A stretch of DNA of 64,000 bases, taken from contig NW_002060946.1 of the NCBI RefSeq assembly GCF_000150275.1, forward strand, positions 5,413,454 through 5,477,453, read 5' to 3'. Source of the stretch: Trichoplax adhaerens. Its lineage: Eukaryota > Animalia > Placozoa. Under the pieces are notes generated by a model, which was not told the origin of the DNA, searched no databases, and saw nothing but the letters and a program-made list of their open reading frames with translations. Shown here in pieces: positions 39,901 through 54,300 of the stretch (positions are counted from its first letter, which is position 1; the number at the start of each line of letters is the position of its first letter). The translations under genes and the position numbers were made by a program.

Positions 39901-42900
39901 TAGTCTTTCAATTTCTCGTTCGGCTTTTTTCAAAGATTCCGATGTTTCGTCTAGAGCGTGTTCTTTAGCATGTAACTAACATATCAATCGGAGACATAAA
40001 AACGTTTATACCCAATTTTTTTCATTTTAATATAAAATATAAGTGATACGTCATTTATTTTCGATTTTGATTGGTGCTAATATACTTACAACTGCTCTTA
40101 TAGTCGTCACTTGAGTAGTTAAAATTCGTAAATCATGGTTTTTCTCATCACACTGCTTTTCTAAATCGCCGTATTTATCCATTAATTCCTATATCGGGGT
40201 AAATGATATGAAATTCATCGATTAAAAACTGACAGTTAATACTTTTCGTCGTTGTCAGAACGTAATAAAAAATCTATTTACAGCATAAGACATCTTTTCC
40301 ATTATGAAAATCAAGATAAACAAGCAGTTTTAAACAAAATGGAGCAAATTGGACAATCAAAACATGCGCCTATATATATACTCTAGACAGAAGATTTTCC
40401 ATTCTTTTAAAACTATTGAATAGCTAGTTGTCATGGTAACTAGAGTACGCTTTTGATACCGAAGATTGTAATGTAATTTATAAAAAAAAATAGCGAAAGA
40501 GCAACTCAATTAGACATCTTGTATAGCTTATGATGGTGTCCAATGTTGGCTTACCCTGTTTTCGGAAAGTAATTTGGCCAACTCTTCGAAAGTTTCACCT
40601 AGATCTTTCCTTGCTTTACTGACTAGTGCACTTTCAATCATTCTAATTTCATCAACATGATAATAAAAATAAATATTCCGAAAGCTCAATTTATACCGGT
40701 TTAAATGAAATTAAACCATTGACTATCGTTATTTTTGCTTTTCAACTTGAACTACAAATTTCTTCAATTATATCAGTAACTCACTGTTCTTCTTGCTTTT
40801 CAATTTTCCTTCGATGAAATTCATAAGGCAATTCTTTCGTTACCTCCATTGTTCTTTTATTTAGCCAAAATAGGCCGTGCTTGTTGCTATTTAATTGGCA
40901 CCATTCATCCTAATTGAGAAGTAAAAGATTGCAGAATACAATTCAGACATGGGGTACTTTGTAGTGAGATCAAATCTCTATTTTAATTCACTTTGTCCAC
41001 TGTTCATATTAATTTTGAATTATACTTACATTGCTAGCGCTTCGTACTTTACTGATAAGATAAATGATTCGTTTAGCCATCAACGTAAATTGATTGATTT
41101 GAGCATGATTATTTTCAGCACTATTTGTAAGGTTAATAAAAGATATTGTGATTAATTATCACATATAGTTAAAATGGCCTGCTACTAAATGGATATCTAA
41201 AGGTGTTTATGAAATTTCCGATTTATTTTAACCAAAAAGCAGAGATCTTTCTAACTATTATAAATTTTGCAAACTGAATAAATACGGCAGTCATAGATCG
41301 CAGTGTATATGGAACTTCGCACTTATTTCTACTGGAAGTTAAAAAATGATTGCGGATGATGACATGACGTTGCCATAACTTACTATTGAAAAAATCGTGC
41401 AATTTCAGCTTTATCTTCCATCTTTAAGCAGACATCTAAAGCTTCAGACTTTATTATCTATTAAATAGCAATATCAAGATATTTAAAAGTGAATTAGTGT
41501 TTTCAAGCGCAAAAATTAATTTATGAAAAATTTAATAAAGGAAACATAAAAAGATTTCAAAGAAATCGCCTAAAGCGACCTATTTTTGCAATGGATTATG
41601 ACTGTAAATTCATTTAAGTACCTTATTGAATTGTTCCAAGTTAATAAAACCTCTTCTGTCTTTATCGGTTACCCTAAATAATTCAGCTAAAGTAGTTTCA
41701 ACGAGATCTTCTTCGAGATCATCTTTTAGAGCAATTTTATGCTCGATTGGTGGAATATAGCTGTGTAGTATGTTAAATTAAGTGAATTAGTACCTATGTG
41801 ATACAGCGAAATTAATAAATTACTTCAAATCATACTCTTCGCTAATGGTTTACCTAAATTCGCCACTCTTCTTGTTAAAATAGAGACGAGTGCCACCAGT
41901 CCATTGAAGTTGAATCCACAACGCCTAAAATCATAAATCATCCTATGCTCAACTATTTCAATTTCAAAGACAATTTATTCCAATCATAAATACGTCATTA
42001 CAATCAGAAAGTTTACTCACCGGAGTTTCGTCAAGTTTATTGTAAATATGACTTAAAAATTCACGAATAATTGGAACAAAATCATCATAGGTAATATATC
42101 CATCCTAATTGATAGAAATGTTTATGAAAAGCTTAATAAATGGATCCATATCTATAGACATTTCATCACTACTTCTTACCATGTTAGAGTCAATGTCTTC
42201 CATTATACCCTTAATTTCTTCCTGGCTTAATTCTAAGTTTAACGTCTTAGAATTGCAAACCTATTGTAAAAGAGTAATCAGAGTTAGAACCACAATAATT
42301 ATATAATTATCATGCCGTCTAACTACTCGGCTTAATTTGTTCATATAACCACATACTTGGAAATATTAATTATTTTAACTTTTTATGGTATCAAGTATGA
42401 AATTTTCGATCTGATAATTATTATAATATATATATAGGCATTCATTAACTTATAATACTCTAGTAGGAATTTAAGGTGAAGACTTAAAAATACATTGACA
42501 ATTTTTGTACAATTGAAAGAGAAAGTTCGATGCAGATTATTGCATCCAGTTTAGAAAATCCAATTTAGCTACAAGCGGTAATGAAATCTTACTGTGAAAA
42601 TTGCTATCGATAAATGTTAATAGATTAAACTATATTGGTCATTTTGCAGCAAATAGCAATCATTTACTATTCTTGCAATAACATAAACATCACTAATGGG
42701 AATGTTTTACTTTATGTTGCCCAACACGCTCCAACGGTTAGCAAATATTGTCAACTATAGAAATGGTTAGGAGGTTATCAGGCTCGCTGCCTTTTTGATA
42801 CTTATATACGAATAAATGATGATGGCAGCATAAAATTGTTTTATAAATTCAATTATTAAGTTGTAAAATGACGATATTCGTTTAATAGTGAATTATTACT

Positions 42901-45900
42901 TTTATGCGGTAAATAAAAAATCGCTAAGCTTCCTGGTAGTATTAATATCGATTCTTTCTTATATATGTAATACCATGATAAAATTGCCAATTGGATTTAC
43001 CGTAACAATTAAGTATTTATAATTTTTTTACTCTTACTATTAATTTACACAAGGCTATATAATATAAGACCGCAATATCAAAATAAGTTGGCCCAAAATC
43101 TCAAAAGGTAAAACATTTCATTTTGCTGTTAGATATGCGATTTTTAATGTTAACTGTCCATTTCATTCTAAACTTTCCGATGATAGGCGAATAATATAAA
43201 AAACTGCAAAGTCATAAAATGAACTAGTAAACTTGCAAAGTTGGATATATTGACTCTCACGCTATGTGATTTAAGTCTTTAAAATCTATCCTATAATGAT
43301 TGATACCCTTCACTCTAGTTACTATAATATTTTTGATTGTCATTTTATGCCAAGATTTACTACGGTATATAATAGGGTAACGAAATAATGAGATTATAAA
43401 TTAGAACACTATCAAAAAATGTGATGGTGTTTTGTTTATGAAACGCTTATGTAAATTTCGAGACTAGAATGATCTTTAAATTTAACCAAAGAAGAGTTAA
43501 AGACACTATTCAATAAGATATACAGAAAGTAAGATTTTCTTCGGTCCAAACTGACGGATTTTAAGTAGAAATTTCTCTCATCGACCTCTGATATTACAAT
43601 GTAAATTCAACTTAAATGGCGGCTATTGTTATTTCAAACTAGTTGCTATGGACATGATTCGATTATATCGGCAACGCTAAAAAATGTTTCACTAACGTAC
43701 TAAATCGATTATTCATATAATTTCAGCTTAAACAAAATTAACGACCGTTAGCTAATACATTGCCTTTTTTTTTAGGTTTTTAACTATCTCCCAAGTGTAT
43801 AAAAAGTCTATAATACTAAACCGAAAACAGAATGTCATTAAATTAAAAAAATGGTAAAAGTGAAAGCATAGGAAGACAAAAAGATAATGATGGCGTTCGT
43901 AAAGATGAAACCTTCAAGTCTGATTATGAAATAGCAACGAGCTGCAGTCTAATTCTACTAATAATATCATTACCAATGCAAATTCTCGATAGTCTAATAG
44001 TCCATCGTGATAGACATCAGCCATATTAAAGATCGGATAAGCGATATCTTCAAATGGATCGGAACAAACGGGTGTAGGTGGTGGCACAATCGGGACAAGG
44101 TCACTTTGCTCTGCAATTTCATCAGGAATTGCTTCTTGATTCGATGAAAGACCAACCTTTGCTTTAGAATCATCCTCTACTTGCGATGTACTACCGGATA
44201 TTATGGGCGTGATAAAACTGTTAGTAGATTGATTATTGAATTTAAGAAGCGGTTGAGTAGAAGACTGATCATGGAATGCATTGGCTTTCGATGTTAGATA
44301 ACTCAAATCGATCTTTTCAATTGGTGATAAGGCCATAGGTATATTAATAAATGGATCAATATGTGTTGGAAATGGAGGTTCTTTTTTCTTTGCCATTGCC
44401 TCAGCTATGAGCCTTTCTTTCTCTAAAGCTTCTTTTTTCTCCTTTTCCAACTCTAATTTTGCTTTCTCTAATCTTTCTCTTTCCAATTTTTCTTTTTCTA
44501 GCCGCTCCTTTTCTATTCGATCTCTTTCTAATTTTTCTAAACGTTTTTTCTCTTTTAATTTATCTTCTATTATTTTTTCTTCTTCTTTACGTTTCCGCTC
44601 TTCTTCTTCGGCTGCTAATTCTGTTGCTGATTTTAAGAAATCTGGCATATTATTCGATGTAACGCCAGATACATCAGATTCGCTATCTTCTGATGGTTTT
44701 TCCTCAATTTGTGGTTCGTCACCCATCCAAATACCAAAATCTTCCAATGATGGCTTGGGCGGTGAATTAGGTTTGGATGATGTATTGGTAGGGGCAAGAA
44801 ATGACCGATTAGAAGTAGTTGAGCCACTTCTATTCTTTTTACCCTTCTATAATGAAATGATATTAGAAAAGATACAAACATGTTAATTGAGTCAATCCAT
44901 TACAACACCATACAATATCAGAAATATAATCCATAATTCAATAATGTAAGAAATAAAAAAAGCTACTATCAATTCAGTCACCTATTAATTTACATCGAAA
45001 TCGAATAAAGATCAGTAAACGTTGAATTTATTTATCAATATTTTTAATGATCGTCTTCTATCTTAACATTAAGTGGAATTAGATTGATTATTTTTGTGAT
45101 CGATGATAGACGTGTTTAAGTACAATTAAAACATGACAATAAGTTTTTATCAAATCATGAAATTTGTGTCGATGACAAGGTGAAGATACTATCCATAACT
45201 GGATGACAACCTATACCTAACATTCAATGCTAATCGATCATTTTAGGAAGATTTTTAGACTGCAATGAAATCGATTCAATACCTGGTTCACTGACAACAT
45301 TTTGGATTATTTGCACTTTGATTATGATGCTGATAGTAAATGTCTATATTTAACCAACTGGAAAACTGGATCAGGGTAGGATGTAATCAATACTAATGCT
45401 TGTTTACTGTATGAAAAGCATCACTAAGATGATTAATTTGATTCGCTATCTCGATCTTTTAATAGAAATTGTCTTTTGCTTCTCAACAGCTGATAACAAC
45501 CCTATTCATAATAATACAATTCTACACATCACGATAAAAGGAAACCCATCATAAAGAGGTACTATTCTCGAATGCATTAAAGGTAGGAGTTATCAATTAT
45601 TAATATAATTATCATCGGAGGCTTGCCATTCATAAATCAATCTATAACAAGCCGATTCTTATTTTTGTTGATGTCATCCCCTAGGTTGAAAATGATCGTT
45701 CTACGTAGGCTAAAGGGATTCATTATTATCGATAAAGATAATTAATCAACGAAATGTTCTAATATTAAATGTATATTGCAGCTTTAATTCGTTATATAAT
45801 AATATTTTGGAGGCGAAAATGATATCCTTTGTATCGTTCTCTTGTTATGTTTAGTACTATTGTTCAAGCGAAGGTAGAATCTTGAGATCGAAACATGGAC

Positions 45901-47687
45901 AAGATGCTACCGTAGAGTGCCACTGATGGTGTTTGTTATTGCAATAAATCGATAATGTAGAACTGCTATCGCCATTTTGACTTAATGAACAGCTGAGGCT
46001 TTTTTCGCAAGCAAGATTATCCTTATTTGGTTAATGTAATTCTATAAAAATGGCTAAAAGCATCACAGAAGATTATACTCAATTTAAGGAGGCGAAGCTT
46101 TGTGGTTTTATTAGCAGCCATGATAAAGTAGTAGTGGTATTATAAGAATCATGTGGGCTTAGTGTGCTCAATAAACATTTTAAGATGGTTATTTTAAAAA
46201 AAATAAATGTTAATCTTAACAGCTGGGAATGCCTGGGATACAATGTTAACCCAAAGAATAAATTTATATTTGAAGATTACATTGGATTCGTATTGAGGTA
46301 AAATCAGGTTGTGTTTTAATGATTGGTAAGGAAAAGTGCAATTGTAGTTGTAGGAGAGATTAAAATTGGACTATCTTGATTTTCGCGTTACCTAACTTAT
46401 GGTCGTTTATTTTAGCAGCAGGGTGACTTTGAGAATACTAATGACAGTAATGAGAAGAGCAAACTTAATAGAAATATGTGGACATTATTTGTATCCTGGT
46501 GGAATTAAAATATTACAATATTATCCATCTGGAATTTCATGCTACGTCTATTTCTCATCTAGAGACAGACAAAATGTAAAGTATCCAGTTTGTATATCCA
46601 AAGTTAATTTGATCGTACCGGTAATACTGCAATTTAAAATACCTGCAAGTAATTATCATCTTAATATTGGATCTTATTTTAATTAATTACGATGATCAGA
46701 ATTTATTGAAATATGATTATAGTATTTTGCAGCACAATACGCTATATATTTATCGACAAATTGTCCGCTATTGATACTTATCATCAATATCAGCAGGATT
46801 AAAGTCATTTGCTTTTGCTGGTGTTCATTTATAATAAGGTTGATTAGGATTACGGACGATTAAAAAGCTGTCAGAAAGCTTTCCGATTTAAGATTGATGA
46901 TGAGTACGTTGATCCCATATGCGTTTTAAACGATCCATAAAGCCATTATTAAGTAATTATCTCTTCTCGATAATTTTTGATAGGAACGTTATCAAAAGCA
47001 TTATCAAAAGGGATTTTCAATGTATCTCATACGTTGTGCTACTTTATTCAATAGAGACTTGATGTGATTTATTCGATCACGAGCTCTATCATTGCGCATT
47101 GGGGTAAATTGTAAACTTTCCAACTAACATGGGCGATATCTTGTAATGTACACGTTGCATTATATTATAACGCAAGGTGTAAAAATAAGTTATTATACAA
47201 ACTGTTGTCGAGGTAAATGAAATAGAACTAAAAAGTACGTTATTATATTACTTATTTTAGTTTATATAGAAGGGATGGTTATGAACTGTCATCGAGATTA
47301 ATCATTGAACCAAAAAGGGGGGAAAAAAAAAGGAAGCGCATAAAATTTACATACTCGAAAAGACGACAATAGTATAATCTTGTGTTGCACGATATGACGC
47401 TAATTAAATTTTTATGATTTGAGTTTCAGTCGCTATTCATTAGAATGATTAGGGATATTAAATTGGACTGTGTTGTATTGAATTAATCTCCATTTGATCA
47501 ATGTATGATTTCTCATTTGTATCCATGCAATGAATTCTCGGCATGGTGATCGATCGATATCAAGAATGATATGGATATAGACATGGAGAAAGTTAAAACT
47601 ATGATGACAAGGCAAAATGACTTGAAAAAATCTTGTGCAAGATGTACTCACCTCTTTCTCAGAGCCTCTCTTAAAACCCTTAAACAT
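36966..47687 (-). CDS. Uncharacterised multi-exon protein: charged N-terminal region, two EF-hand + WW-like modules, long coiled coil, C-terminal CAP-Gly domain
   Basis: Candidate first coding exon 47687-47652 (MFKGFKRGSEKE, gtgagt donor) is in phase with exon 44846-43973. EF loops DVYHDGLLDYREF, DSNMDGYITYDDF, DKDRRGFINLEQF. WW-like ALWIQLQWTGGTRLYFNKKSGEFSYIPP and DEWCQLNSNKHGLFWLNKRTMEVTKELP. Heptad-rich exons at ~40640-38850. CAP-Gly VKIGDRV...SGIVKYVG...YVGLKLDRPVGDTDGVVNGKRYFKSPPNHG. Candidate last exon 37025-36966. Termini are less certain than the core. Confidence 0.8.
40427..40440. promoter_or_regulatory. RFX X-box, intronic
   Basis: GTTGTCATGGTAAC fits the X-box consensus GTHNYY-AT-RRNAAC. 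Confidence 0.5.
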
Positions 47688-48224
47688 ATTGATTGCTGTA
47701 ATTGATTCCTGTCCAGAAGGAAAAATAAGATGTGTTGTAATGGATTGCAATTAAATAGGAGTGAAGATTCTCACCATCTCACATTAGCTGTTTGTCGCAC
47801 TATGTGTTTGGAGTTACTGTAACGTCTTACTACGTTGGAATAATAAATGGTGTTTGTGTAAGGTAAAGGTATACAACTCGTTAGTGATAGAGGTAACTTG
47901 ATTATGACTTCCTTTTGGATGGGGATATTTCCAACTTCTGTCTACTGATAATCCAAGTCGTGTTTGCGCGTCTAGACTACTCGATGGAGTTCTTCCTTCA
48001 GGCTTTTCTCCTCATCGATGGATTTATTATGCGGAAAATAGACTTTAAATGCTATACAATAACTATGATCAAGCCTTCATCAATTGCTCTACTATCCAAA
48101 GCAATAATTCTATCCAATTCTACCATTTTCAGTCGCTATGTTCTCCGTTGGATGGATAAATCAACAGTTGTTGTGTATACAACGATCATTGCCATGGCAT
48201 TCCAGCCTTCATTTGCATGACAAT

Positions 48225-48455
48225 GGTTTCTAGACACGTGGGCTACTACGTAAGCGGTACCCGGTACAGTACAATTGACTGACTACAGTAGTTGGCGTAC
48301 AGTACACTGCACTGTACACTGTACGGCTAGTTGGGCGAGTCATCTGTGCCAGACTTACAGTACAGTACAGTACAGTACAGTACTGCACTCCAGTCTGGGA
48401 GTCCCAGATTTCACAGTACTGTACAGTACAACGTTTTTTACTTAGTACTGTAGAG
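48225..48455. promoter_or_regulatory. CAGTA/TACTG array; putative promoter of the CAP-Gly gene
   Basis: (cagta)n run at 48357-48385, CACGTG at 48235, palindrome tctgggagtcccaga at ~48394; about 0.6 kb upstream of the 47708-47652 exon. Confidence 0.55.
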
Positions 48456-50369
48456 AATTCGGAATTTAATACAATATTACGCAAAAGTTGCTCTATCAAC
48501 CTCATTTTAATCAATTAAATTAAAAAGCTAAGTTATTCAGCTTTATATTCGTATAATTTTTATTACATTCTGATTCACTCTGGTGATTTTAGGGCACCTT
48601 AAAGTACTCTGATTCGAACTGGTTCACGTTGCATCGATCACGATTCTAGGGGCGTGGCGAGCTGTTTAGAATGGTTGAAAGATGTTCAGCTATAGCGTTG
48701 CCTTAAATGATGCCTTTCAATAGTGAAGAAATGGACTTTCAATTTGACTCCAATTCCTTGCAGTCAGATCAGTACAACCTTGAGCAATTAGCTCTTGATA
48801 TTTTTGATTACTTTTTATCGCAGTGTTGAATAATTACATTTCTTTCAAGTTTCTAATACAAACCATCAGTCGTTCCAACCATTTTACAAGTCACGTCGTA
48901 ATACCGGTCTATACTGGTACGTTCCACGCAATATTATCGATCGATTAAAATGCGGAATACCACAAATTACCAGTTAGTAGGGTAGGCTAGAGCTGCAAGA
49001 CAACGACAGTAGATATTCTTCTAGTAGTCCATGAATATGCGTACTGTACTGTAGTAGTCCCTACTGTAGTGTATATATTAAGTCTTGGGCTTCTAGATAG
49101 TTAGAAGTGTGTTGCATCAGGAAATTTCCTTTTTAAGTATCGTATGGAATCTCAAATGATATGCATCTAGAGCGTTAGTAAAGGATTCGTATGTCATGGA
49201 TTGGATTGCTCATCATCATTGCGATACGTAATGATATTGCTAAGTTTTACAAGCCTTTTGTCCTAAAACTTGAAAAAAAGGTGTACTATTATTTATTTGT
49301 ACCTGTAAGCTGCCCATTTCAATGAACGAGCACATAACCTGAACAAAGCAATAAATTAAATTAAAAAAAAATTCACAGCTAGATTATTTTCATAACTAAC
49401 CTACTAGAAGACAGATAAGAGTATTGCAATCTACTGAGTTATAGTACGTACAGTACGTCCATTATGCTGTGCAATCACTCTTGTATCATGATCATGAAGC
49501 GGTTAGTAATTTAATTTTGATTACTACAGACTAGGCTAACTGTCGGCAGAGACTTCTCGAGCTTTTTATTACCCAAGCTATAGAAAGAAAGAAATGGAAA
49601 AGCCCCTGCAGTCGGCCGCTTTGCTGGCCTATTATTCAACGTACAGTCAACTCTATTGATTTAGCCATTATTTATGACGTACTGATTTAATTTCCGATGT
49701 TGTTCATTTACAGTACCAAAACGTTGCTTGCAATATTGTATACAGTACTATATAGGATGACTAAAAGGATAAGCGTACTTTATAGCAGACTATCCTATAG
49801 GATCCAAGATAATGGCATCAATCTTACTATTTTATGTTCAAATCAAATCATTTTGATTGATGTAATCTGTTCAATTATATATACACGTCGATATAATACA
49901 CATGACCATGTCATTTCAAAGCAGGGCAAGGATCATATGGCAGTCATCCAATCATTGCATTGATGCCAGCTCTTATGCAAATGCAATGATGACCATTGCC
50001 TGACCTTGACTAACTTGTATAATTGAAATCATGGATGGAATACGCTCTTTGCTGCTCCTTGCATGCTGAACAGATTGAGCATGAAATACTTTGAAATGTA
50101 AATCAGGACAACGCCCACTTCGGCATCACGTCAACCTCGACACTCTACAGTAGGTCAAAGGTGTAAGGAAAGCAACATTAGCCTAGAATTGAATCTATTT
50201 GCAACTTATGGACTTTAGAAGAGGTTCAAAAAATAAAATAAATAAATAAATCCTGCAAGTGAGTTAATACTTCAAGATATCTTGGCTGATCTTCCAATCT
50301 TTGACTCTTGTTTATTGATTAATTAATCATATATTATTATTGACGAACTGCTCAAAAGAACACCACAAG

Positions 50370-50640
50370 GTCCCACTAGTACTAGCATACAGTACTACTA
50401 CGTGTGGCTTGCCTGTAGCCTACAGACTGTAGGACAGTTGAACCGTGATGGCTGTACCGTTACGGTACGGCCCATGACGAGACTGCGCTGTTGACTCGAA
50501 AAATAACAAAACTTGCCTACTTGCCACTGTATGGGACTTTAGGTAGTGTACAGTACATGTGCAGCGCACGTACTAGTTGTTTGACGTCACCACCAGCTCA
50601 CCTTGACCGGTGCATACCCTAACCCTAACACACAGGGGTA
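50370..50640. promoter_or_regulatory. Putative promoter of the FAD-oxidoreductase gene
   Basis: tacagtact and gtgtacagtac motifs, GAACCGTGA at 50440, palindrome gtaccgttacggtac at 50454-50468, full CRE TGACGTCA at 50582, ccctaaccctaa at 50617. Confidence 0.55.
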
Positions 50641-51323
50641 CAGAAACAATAGGAAGGGCACAGTAGGTGTGGGTGTTACCCTTTCAAGGAAAATTATATT
50701 TTTTTGAGGTAAAAAGCCTGAAGGCAAGCATCCATTTCTGCCTTCTTTGCTGCTCAGTTATTATACATCCCTTGGTCGTCCAGTAGCTCGATCTTCGTCT
50801 GTTATCATCGTAGACTCTAGTAGCATTTCTCTACTGGAGTGGACATCGATACAACGACAAGCTAGAATTATTATCGTTGATTGATCCTTGTCTAAATTAA
50901 CGACTCGCAGTCTACACTCTACGGCAATATTGGATGTTGCAAATTTGCGTGGTGCAATCAGCATAGCATTAATGAACTTTTTACTTTATATTATTCGCAC
51001 TAATCGCATCGTTAATCTGAATAAGTGAAAGTTAAACAATCTGTGATTCTATCATCGGAAATAGTCTTCTTGGATTGCCTAGCGGAGATTTAATCTCGTT
51101 CACAACGACCACCAAATTTATTACTCAGTAACAGAACCGGGAGAAGTCAATTTTTTAAATTTGCCCCCGCTTAGAAGAAATCTGCCTACAATTACTGTTT
51201 AGCATTACATCCTACTTAATTGCTGCTATTTTCAATTGATACCTCCTCTTGTTTGCACTATATTCTACATTTTAAAATTTTTTCTTGGTGTCACCTTACA
51301 AACTATTCCTTAACAACGAGTGA

Positions 51324-54300
51324 ATGAAAATGTCGCCGCAAAGTAAAACCAATAAGCCGTTAAATGTTGCTGTTATTGGAAGTGGCTTAGCCGGGATTAG
51401 TGCAGCTTGGTTTCTTACTCGATGTGGTCATAACGTGCATTTATACGAAAGGCATAAATTATTAGGACTTGGAGCTCATTCTGTTCAAGTTGGTTCGGTT
51501 GGTGATGTCGTGGATGTACCGGCTAGAACATTTGTAGCAGGTAAATGACTCTAGGTACAATTAGTTTAACAAATCTATAAAAATAGTGTTCCATCGTATC
51601 AACCTTAATAAATAGCACTCTACCCTATAGTAGACGATCAATAATTTTTCAACATAAAAGATATTTCGACACTTCTTCATGTTGTATCGTTAGCGGTGAA
51701 TGAGGATGAAACATATTACTTTAAACCAGATTCTCTATTGATATCATTTGAGAATTTCAAGACACACCTGAAAATGCAGCTAGTCATGCCAGCTTCAAAT
51801 GCAACGACTTCAAAGCAGAAGACAGTGTGATTTATCAATGTTTTGCAAATCTACTTCCTAGATATTACTCTAAATTTCAATACTACTTTTCATCAATTTT
51901 CATCCTTTTCATTTCATGCCAGTCGTTTAAAAATTTCACTTTTCACCAAATTGCAAGACTATCTTAGCCCTGTAATTTGAATGCAATGAAATGCAGTAAG
52001 ATCATTTAGCATGCATTATTCTGTAAGCGATACTAAAAACACGGAAACAACTGGGGTATGTTGTGTACAGCATCCAGAACTAAATGGATTGCCATTAAAA
52101 ACAACTAAACAAAATGATGCTGTCAAGGGTCCGTGAAGTATACGCTAAAAGTAACAAATAATAGACAGTAGTACAATATAGTGTAACCTATCGATCAAGC
52201 CGGAGACCTCCTGTGTATTAAATGAATAGATTCAATAGCAAATTGAATTACTATCATTTACTAATATGATGCAATTTGCTAATATGGCCAATGCTGCTCG
52301 ACCGCCATTGACGAATTTCAAACTAATGCATCATTGATACCAATATAGACAAGTATTTACATTATTAAAACTAGCGCGGAAGTAGTATGGTTAGTATGTT
52401 AACAGTGAAAGTGAGTCATTTTTGAAAATGGAATTAAACTATTTATTTTATGGACTGATCAAGGATGGTTTTGGTAATATTGAGTACTGAAAAGTTTCTT
52501 TACGTGTAAACATCTACATTATGTGTCAGCCCAGCCTAAAATAGGGATAGGTTACCATTATTTATAGTACAATTGTAGTATTCAAGTTCTACTGAAGCCA
52601 ATTACTCTGTAGGCAAACTGATAACAGTGTTGATAGGCGAAATCGCTAGAATTAGTGAAGTAAAAATGCAGAATGATTGAAAATTTACTATACCCATATG
52701 CTCGTATACTGTAATCATAGGCAGTAGTAATGTGAATGGCACTGTAAACAATACTCTACAGTATAATGTATGAAATATATCCAAAATGGAGCAGCAACGC
52801 CACTCTTTACCAGGTTATAATACAGAATAGCTGTAATGCATTCTCGTCTTGAATGGGACTGTTATTTGGCGCAGCTTGTAAAGCTACAGAATCTGCATAC
52901 AAATCATACGACCTTTTAGACTTATGATGCAAGCTGCAATAGGGCACGTAACTGAAATTTAAATTTGAATTACAGCAAATTAATGATGCTACCTGTTCAA
53001 TATTATGAGATAATCACTTCGTACCTACTGATATTAGAATATTTAGAGTTAGTGTAATTACTACATGTTATTACATTTCAATGATTTTGATCTTGCACGA
53101 TTTCTTCTATGGCTAATTGCCCTCAAAGTTGAAAGCGCAAGGGTGAAATTTGACTATGTTGTTATCTAATTAATATATACTCGTATATTCCATTTAAGGC
53201 TACTACCCAGAAATGGTTGCCCTATGTCGAGAAGCAGGTGTGCAGACACATCGTATTGTTGCAGAGCCGTCCTTTCAGGTACTTGTATAGTGCGATACCA
53301 ATGTCATAATGACGATTATTCCTAATCTCTGTATTACTAAGTAAAAGTCAGTTCTGTGCTAAATGTAAAAATATGGTTACTTACTTTGTCATTGATGTAA
53401 CAAGAATTTAAGAAGTAAATTACTACTAGCATGCTGTGTCGGAAGAATTTTATGCTATCGTAAGATTATTCTGCAAAGCTGATAAATTGATTATATAAGT
53501 CCTTTGTATCAACAAATGGAGGTATCTGGTTCGTACCAGCAAGTAGTATTACTATTATAATATCTCCTATGTTGGCTATGTATTCTATTAGCAGCGTATA
53601 GTTGCAAGTGTGATCACTGTGAATAATACGTATATTTCATCTAGGTTTTTGGTGAAAAGAACTATTTCGCATTTAGAAACTTTCTCATTGGAGCATACGC
53701 CTTACCATTCTTAAAAATAACTGACGCCATCAAAAATTGGAAATTCACATGGAATATCCTGTATGACATGTGGCGATTTAGAAATGAAAGTTTAAGGGTG
53801 CAAGCCTCTGAAGTAAATATACAGAATTATATAAATAGTCGCTACACTTTATTTTTATACAGTACTGCAGCATTTATAGCATTCATCCTACAGATTGCTA
53901 CACTACTTTTAATTTATAATTAATTATGCTACTAGTTATATCTATGACAGTGTCATATCTTATCTATAAACAATAGTGTATATACAGTATATATATACCC
54001 GTATCTTTCAGGTTCACATTAATGTAAACTAGGCACAACATGATACTCTTACTAAAGCTTTCGCTTAAAATTTTTAAAGCTGTTAAAACAGAAATATCTG
54101 ACCGTTAGCGTTCAGGAATACTTAGATCAAGAAGGTTATAGCAAAGAATTTGGCCATAACTTTCTTCTTCCTCTTTTTGGCGGTTAGTAAGCAGAATGAA
54201 ACACATTTTTTCTGTTAAAGTAATGTTCTATTACTTCTTATGAATAAATAATCATGAATTGTAACATGATCTTGTTGACTTATGAAGTTGTTGCTACGTG

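Noticed and set aside
44407-44886. Plus-strand 159-aa Ser/Phe-rich ORF and other antisense ORFs (30766, 33331, 37704, 38113, 42109, 62522)
   Set aside because: Antisense shadows of real exons on the opposite strand.
50617-50628. CCCTAACCCTAA telomere-like repeat
   Set aside because: Only two units; not a telomeric array.
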